DNA of 10,007 nucleotides from a virus: UHGV virus genome UHGV-1346345; one strand, 5' to 3'. Shown piece by piece: positions 7,425 to 10,007 of this stretch (position 1 is its first letter; each line of letters starts with the position of its first letter). The notes under the pieces were generated by a model. It saw only the letters and a program-made list of their open reading frames with translations, ran no database searches and was not told where the DNA came from. The position numbers and the translations under genes were made by a program.

Positions 7425-8052
7425 GTGAGTAAAGAATTGATTCAGGTTAATACCAAATTAACCGCTAATACCATCCGCCGGGAAACATATAACGGGCGCG
7501 AACACATTGTAGTCCCGTCGTATACGTTGCCCTTCAATATCGTTATGAATCGTGAATATTACCCGGAAGCTGAAATCATTGCTAATTATCAGTCACTGGA
7601 AGGCACACTCGCACCGCTGGGCCATCCTACGGTTGACGGTGAATTTGTTTCCGCATTTAGCCCGGAAGGTCTGAATATTGGCTTTTGTGGAGCGTGGAAC
7701 AGAAATGTTGAATTACGCGGCAATCGTGTTTATGTGGAAAAATGGGTGGATGTTGAAACCGCCAGCCATTCAGAACAAGGACGCGAATTATTAAGCCGAC
7801 TGGAAGCGCTGGAAAAAGGCGAAAGCAAAGATCCGATCTGGTCATCTGTTGCCGTATATCGTCAGCGTATGCCAGCTACTGAAGAGATGAAAGCCCAGGG
7901 TGCTGACAGCGTTGTCAAAATCATGTCGATTGACCATGACGCCATCTTACTGCATGAACCGCCAGCCGCATCGCCTGAACAGGGCGTTGGCCTGATGGTT
8001 AACACTGACCAGGCGAAGCCGTTAATGATCAAGCAGAAAAATCCATATAAGA
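7425..8052 (+). CDS. head-module protein, possible prohead protease/scaffold N-terminal part; 3' end interrupted by N10 gap
   Basis: GGAG at 7413-7416, 8-nt spacer, GTG 7425 (the track starts at TTG 7410). Follows the head morphogenesis gene. The frame runs into the gap at 8053. Confidence 0.5.
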
Positions 8053-8086
8053 NNNNNNNNNNATCGGATCTTTGCTTTCGCCTTTT
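8053..8086. other. N10 gap (8053-8062) with flanking inverted copy; probable assembly artefact
   Basis: 8063-8086 is the reverse complement of 7814-7837 (24 bp). I found no partner for the left flank. Confidence 0.8.
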
Positions 8087-8103
8087 CGTTAATGGCGGTG
8101 GCA

Positions 8104-8760
8104 ATGAAAGAAAACAGCTATCGCACGCTTGAAAGACAACTTGAGGAAGCGGCGCGTAAACTGTTCCCCGATGCAGATTATGTCTATGTCGTGGACTTCA
8201 CTGATAAAGAAGTGACTATTGCTACTAATGCCGAAAATGCTCAAGTTTGCACGTATGAAAAACAGGCTGATAAAATAATTCTCAATAATGGCGAGCTTGC
8301 AACCAATGAGGAAAGTAAATCATGGTTCGTTCAGTTCGCTGAACACCTATCCAATCTTTTCTCACTGAATGAAAAAATTAAGGCCAATAAATCGGAGGAC
8401 GATCCCATGCCTTTGACCAAAGAAGAACGCGCCGAACTGGTAAAAGAAATTAACGAAGGTTTATCCGCTAATATCGCCAGTGCAGTAGCTGAAGCACTTA
8501 AACCAGTACAGGCAAGCGTAGAAGAATTACAGACCAATCAGAAAGCGATTAAAGAAGAGATCGCAGCAAACGCAAATAAAGAAGTAGCAGAAAAACGCGC
8601 CGCAGTTGCGAAAGTACACGGCGAAATTGTTGCTAACGCATTAAGTGGGGAAGCGTTAGAAGCAATGTTTAAATCCCTGGGCAACGCAACGCCGATGGCA
8701 ACCAACGCAGCAAGCGAAGGTAAAAAAGGCGGAGTACCAGACTTTAACACTTATTTCTAA
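8104..8760 (+). CDS. scaffold-like alpha-helical protein, possibly the C-terminal part of the 7425 gene
   Basis: Helical, charged, Ala/Glu/Lys-rich sequence (EERAELVKEINEGLSANIASAVAEALKPVQASVEELQTNQKAIKEEIAANANKEVAEKRAAVAKVHGEI) typical of scaffolding proteins. Weak ribosome-binding site before ATG 8104. In frame with the upstream gene if the gap block adds no net sequence. Confidence 0.5.
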   Translation: MKENSYRTLERQLEEAARKLFPDADYVYVVDFTDKEVTIATNAENAQVCTYEKQADKIILNNGELATNEESKSWFVQFAEHLSNLFSLNEKIKANKSEDDPMPLTKEERAELVKEINEGLSANIASAVAEALKPVQASVEELQTNQKAIKEEIAANANKEVAEKRAAVAKVHGEIVANALSGEALEAMFKSLGNATPMATNAASEGKKGGVPDFNTYF

Positions 8761-8776
8761 TTAAAAGGGGATCACA

Positions 8777-9205
8777 ATGTTTCGTTTTTGTCGTGTAAAT
8801 ATTGATGGTAAGTCAATTACCGAAACCTATGCAGCCAATGAGGCGGTGAAACCTGGTGAACTGGTTAAACTGGCTGAAGGTAAATTCGCTAAAGCAGCCC
8901 TTGCAGATGTTGGCAAGGCCCAACTTTTCATCGTTAACCCGGCATTCCATGAAGGCAAAACCATTGCTGATGAAATTGCTAAAGACGCAACCGTTGTTGC
9001 TGATTATGTGGAACAGGGCCGTGAGTTTGCTCTTCGTGTCCCTGCCGCAGCATACAAAAAAGGCGCAGCTATTGCTTTTACCGCCACTGGCATCAAGCTG
9101 TTTACCGAGCCGCTTGAGTCAGCACCCGCAGATCCGATTGTCGCATACTGCCAGGAAGACGTAACCCTGGAAGCGGAAGACTTTATCCGCGTTCGCGTCG
9201 CTTAA
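8777..9205 (+). CDS. hypothetical head protein (142 aa)
   Basis: Strong ribosome-binding site AAAAGGGGA before ATG 8777. Located between the scaffold-like gene and the putative capsid gene. Confidence 0.6.
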   Translation: MFRFCRVNIDGKSITETYAANEAVKPGELVKLAEGKFAKAALADVGKAQLFIVNPAFHEGKTIADEIAKDATVVADYVEQGREFALRVPAAAYKKGAAIAFTATGIKLFTEPLESAPADPIVAYCQEDVTLEAEDFIRVRVA

Positions 9206-9222
9206 TTTAAAAGGGGAAAAAC

Positions 9223-10007
9223 ATGTACTTTACTAAAGAAAACCTCGCTACCAACGCCCGTATGCAGGGCCATTGGAAAGAACTGTGGGCGCAACGCAAC
9301 ATCTTCAACGATCAGCATGACGCCATGATTGCAGCAAACAAGGCGAACATGACCGCTGAAATGATTGCCTGTAACGCCGTTGGCGGCTTTGCAAAAGAGT
9401 TCTGGAAAGAAATCGACAACCAGATTATCGAACTGAACACCGAAGAAATCGGTATTGAAATCGTCAACGACCTGATGGGTGTGCAAACCGTACTGCCTAT
9501 CGGTAAAACGCTGAAAATGTACAGCGTATCCGGCGACATCAACGATGAAGTCGTAATGTCTATGGATGGTCAGGCGCCTCACGGCTATGATCACACCGAA
9601 TACGATTTTAGCGACAGTTTTCAGTTTAAGTTGCTGNNNNNNNNNNCTCGGTAAACAGCTTGATGCCAGTGGCGGTAAAAGCAATAGCGATGGCGACCCG
9701 ATCCCGATGTTCGCAGCGGGTTACGGTGTTAACTGGCGTTTAGCCCAGGGCTTAAATACTGTAGGCATCGACCTTGCCCTGGACAGCCAGCTCCTGAAAC
9801 TGAAAAAATTCAACAAAGCACGCGTTAAATTCTACCTTGAAGGTAACGAAAACATCGTGGTTGATGGTCATAAAGCAATGGGTATTAAAAACCACAAAAA
9901 CACCCAGCAACTTAAACTGAAAACTGTCGCTAAAATCGACCTGACCACCGCGACTTTCGATAAGATTATTGAATTCTTTACCACTGGTGAGTTCGGGAAA
10001 CTGGCCC
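9223..10007 (+). CDS. putative major capsid protein (3' end outside window; frame broken by the gap block at 9604-9688)
   Basis: Ribosome-binding site AAAAGGGGA before ATG 9223. Frame 1 up to 9603 and frame 2 from 9689 rejoin if the 85-bp block is removed (...HGYDHTEY-DGDPIPMFAAGYGVNW...). Assignment as capsid is from position in the head module only. Confidence 0.45.
9603..9688. other. N10 gap (9637-9646) with flanking inverted copies; probable assembly artefact
   Basis: 9603-9636 is the reverse complement of 9905-9938 (34 bp) and 9647-9688 is the reverse complement of 9068-9109 (42 bp). Confidence 0.85.

Noticed and set aside
2087-8750. Other antisense or alternate-frame ORFs (2087-2332, 2336-2530, 3198-3383, 3311-3520, 3340-3582, 3676-3888, 4341-4682, 5119-5301, 5267-5608, 5834-6181, 6567-6788, 6707-6937, 7657-7845, 7862-8104, 8331-8537, 8538-8750, 8856-9164)
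   Set aside because: Each lies entirely within a better-supported gene on the other strand or in another frame, with no ribosome-binding site and Ser/Leu/Arg-rich shadow-frame composition.
9202-9684. 160-aa - strand ORF
   Set aside because: It is antisense to the putative capsid gene and runs through the gap and inverted copies; the shared peptide strings with + strand ORFs are caused by those copies.
760-9688. Inverted repeats at the N runs as transposon terminal repeats, invertase sites or hairpin terminators
   Set aside because: The copies are exact, sit only beside N runs, pair with sites at read-pair-like distances, and disrupt otherwise continuous reading frames. An artefact explains this better than any mobile element or regulatory structure.
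1-10007. CRISPR arrays, tRNA or rRNA genes
   Set aside because: No regularly spaced direct repeats and no tRNA-like or rRNA-like sequence were recognisable. The evenly sized N runs are gaps, not repeats.

Overview
This window reads as the late-gene region of a tailed phage or prophage of an enteric-type host, all on the + strand: the end of a lysis cassette (Rz/Rz1 spanin C-termini), a HExxH-containing hypothetical gene, a tight array of six tiny hydrophobic micro-ORFs, then small terminase, an HNH-AP2 endonuclease, large terminase, portal, a Mu F/SPP1 gp7-like head morphogenesis gene, a protease/scaffold-like gene, a small head protein and the start of a putative major capsid gene. The most interesting locus is the head morphogenesis gene: it carries an intein (Hint blocks on the + strand, inserted in an N-C-K-C motif), and the intein's central region encodes, on the opposite strand, a complete HTH + Vsr/DUF559-like endonuclease ORF. 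Both strands stay open across about 860 bp. Separately, the window is draft quality: six runs of exactly 10 N, each flanked by 18-42 bp perfect inverted copies of sequence several hundred bp away. Removing these blocks rejoins the interrupted reading frames, so I treat them as assembly or gap-filling artefacts, not biology. All family assignments are from motif recognition by eye; no searches were run.
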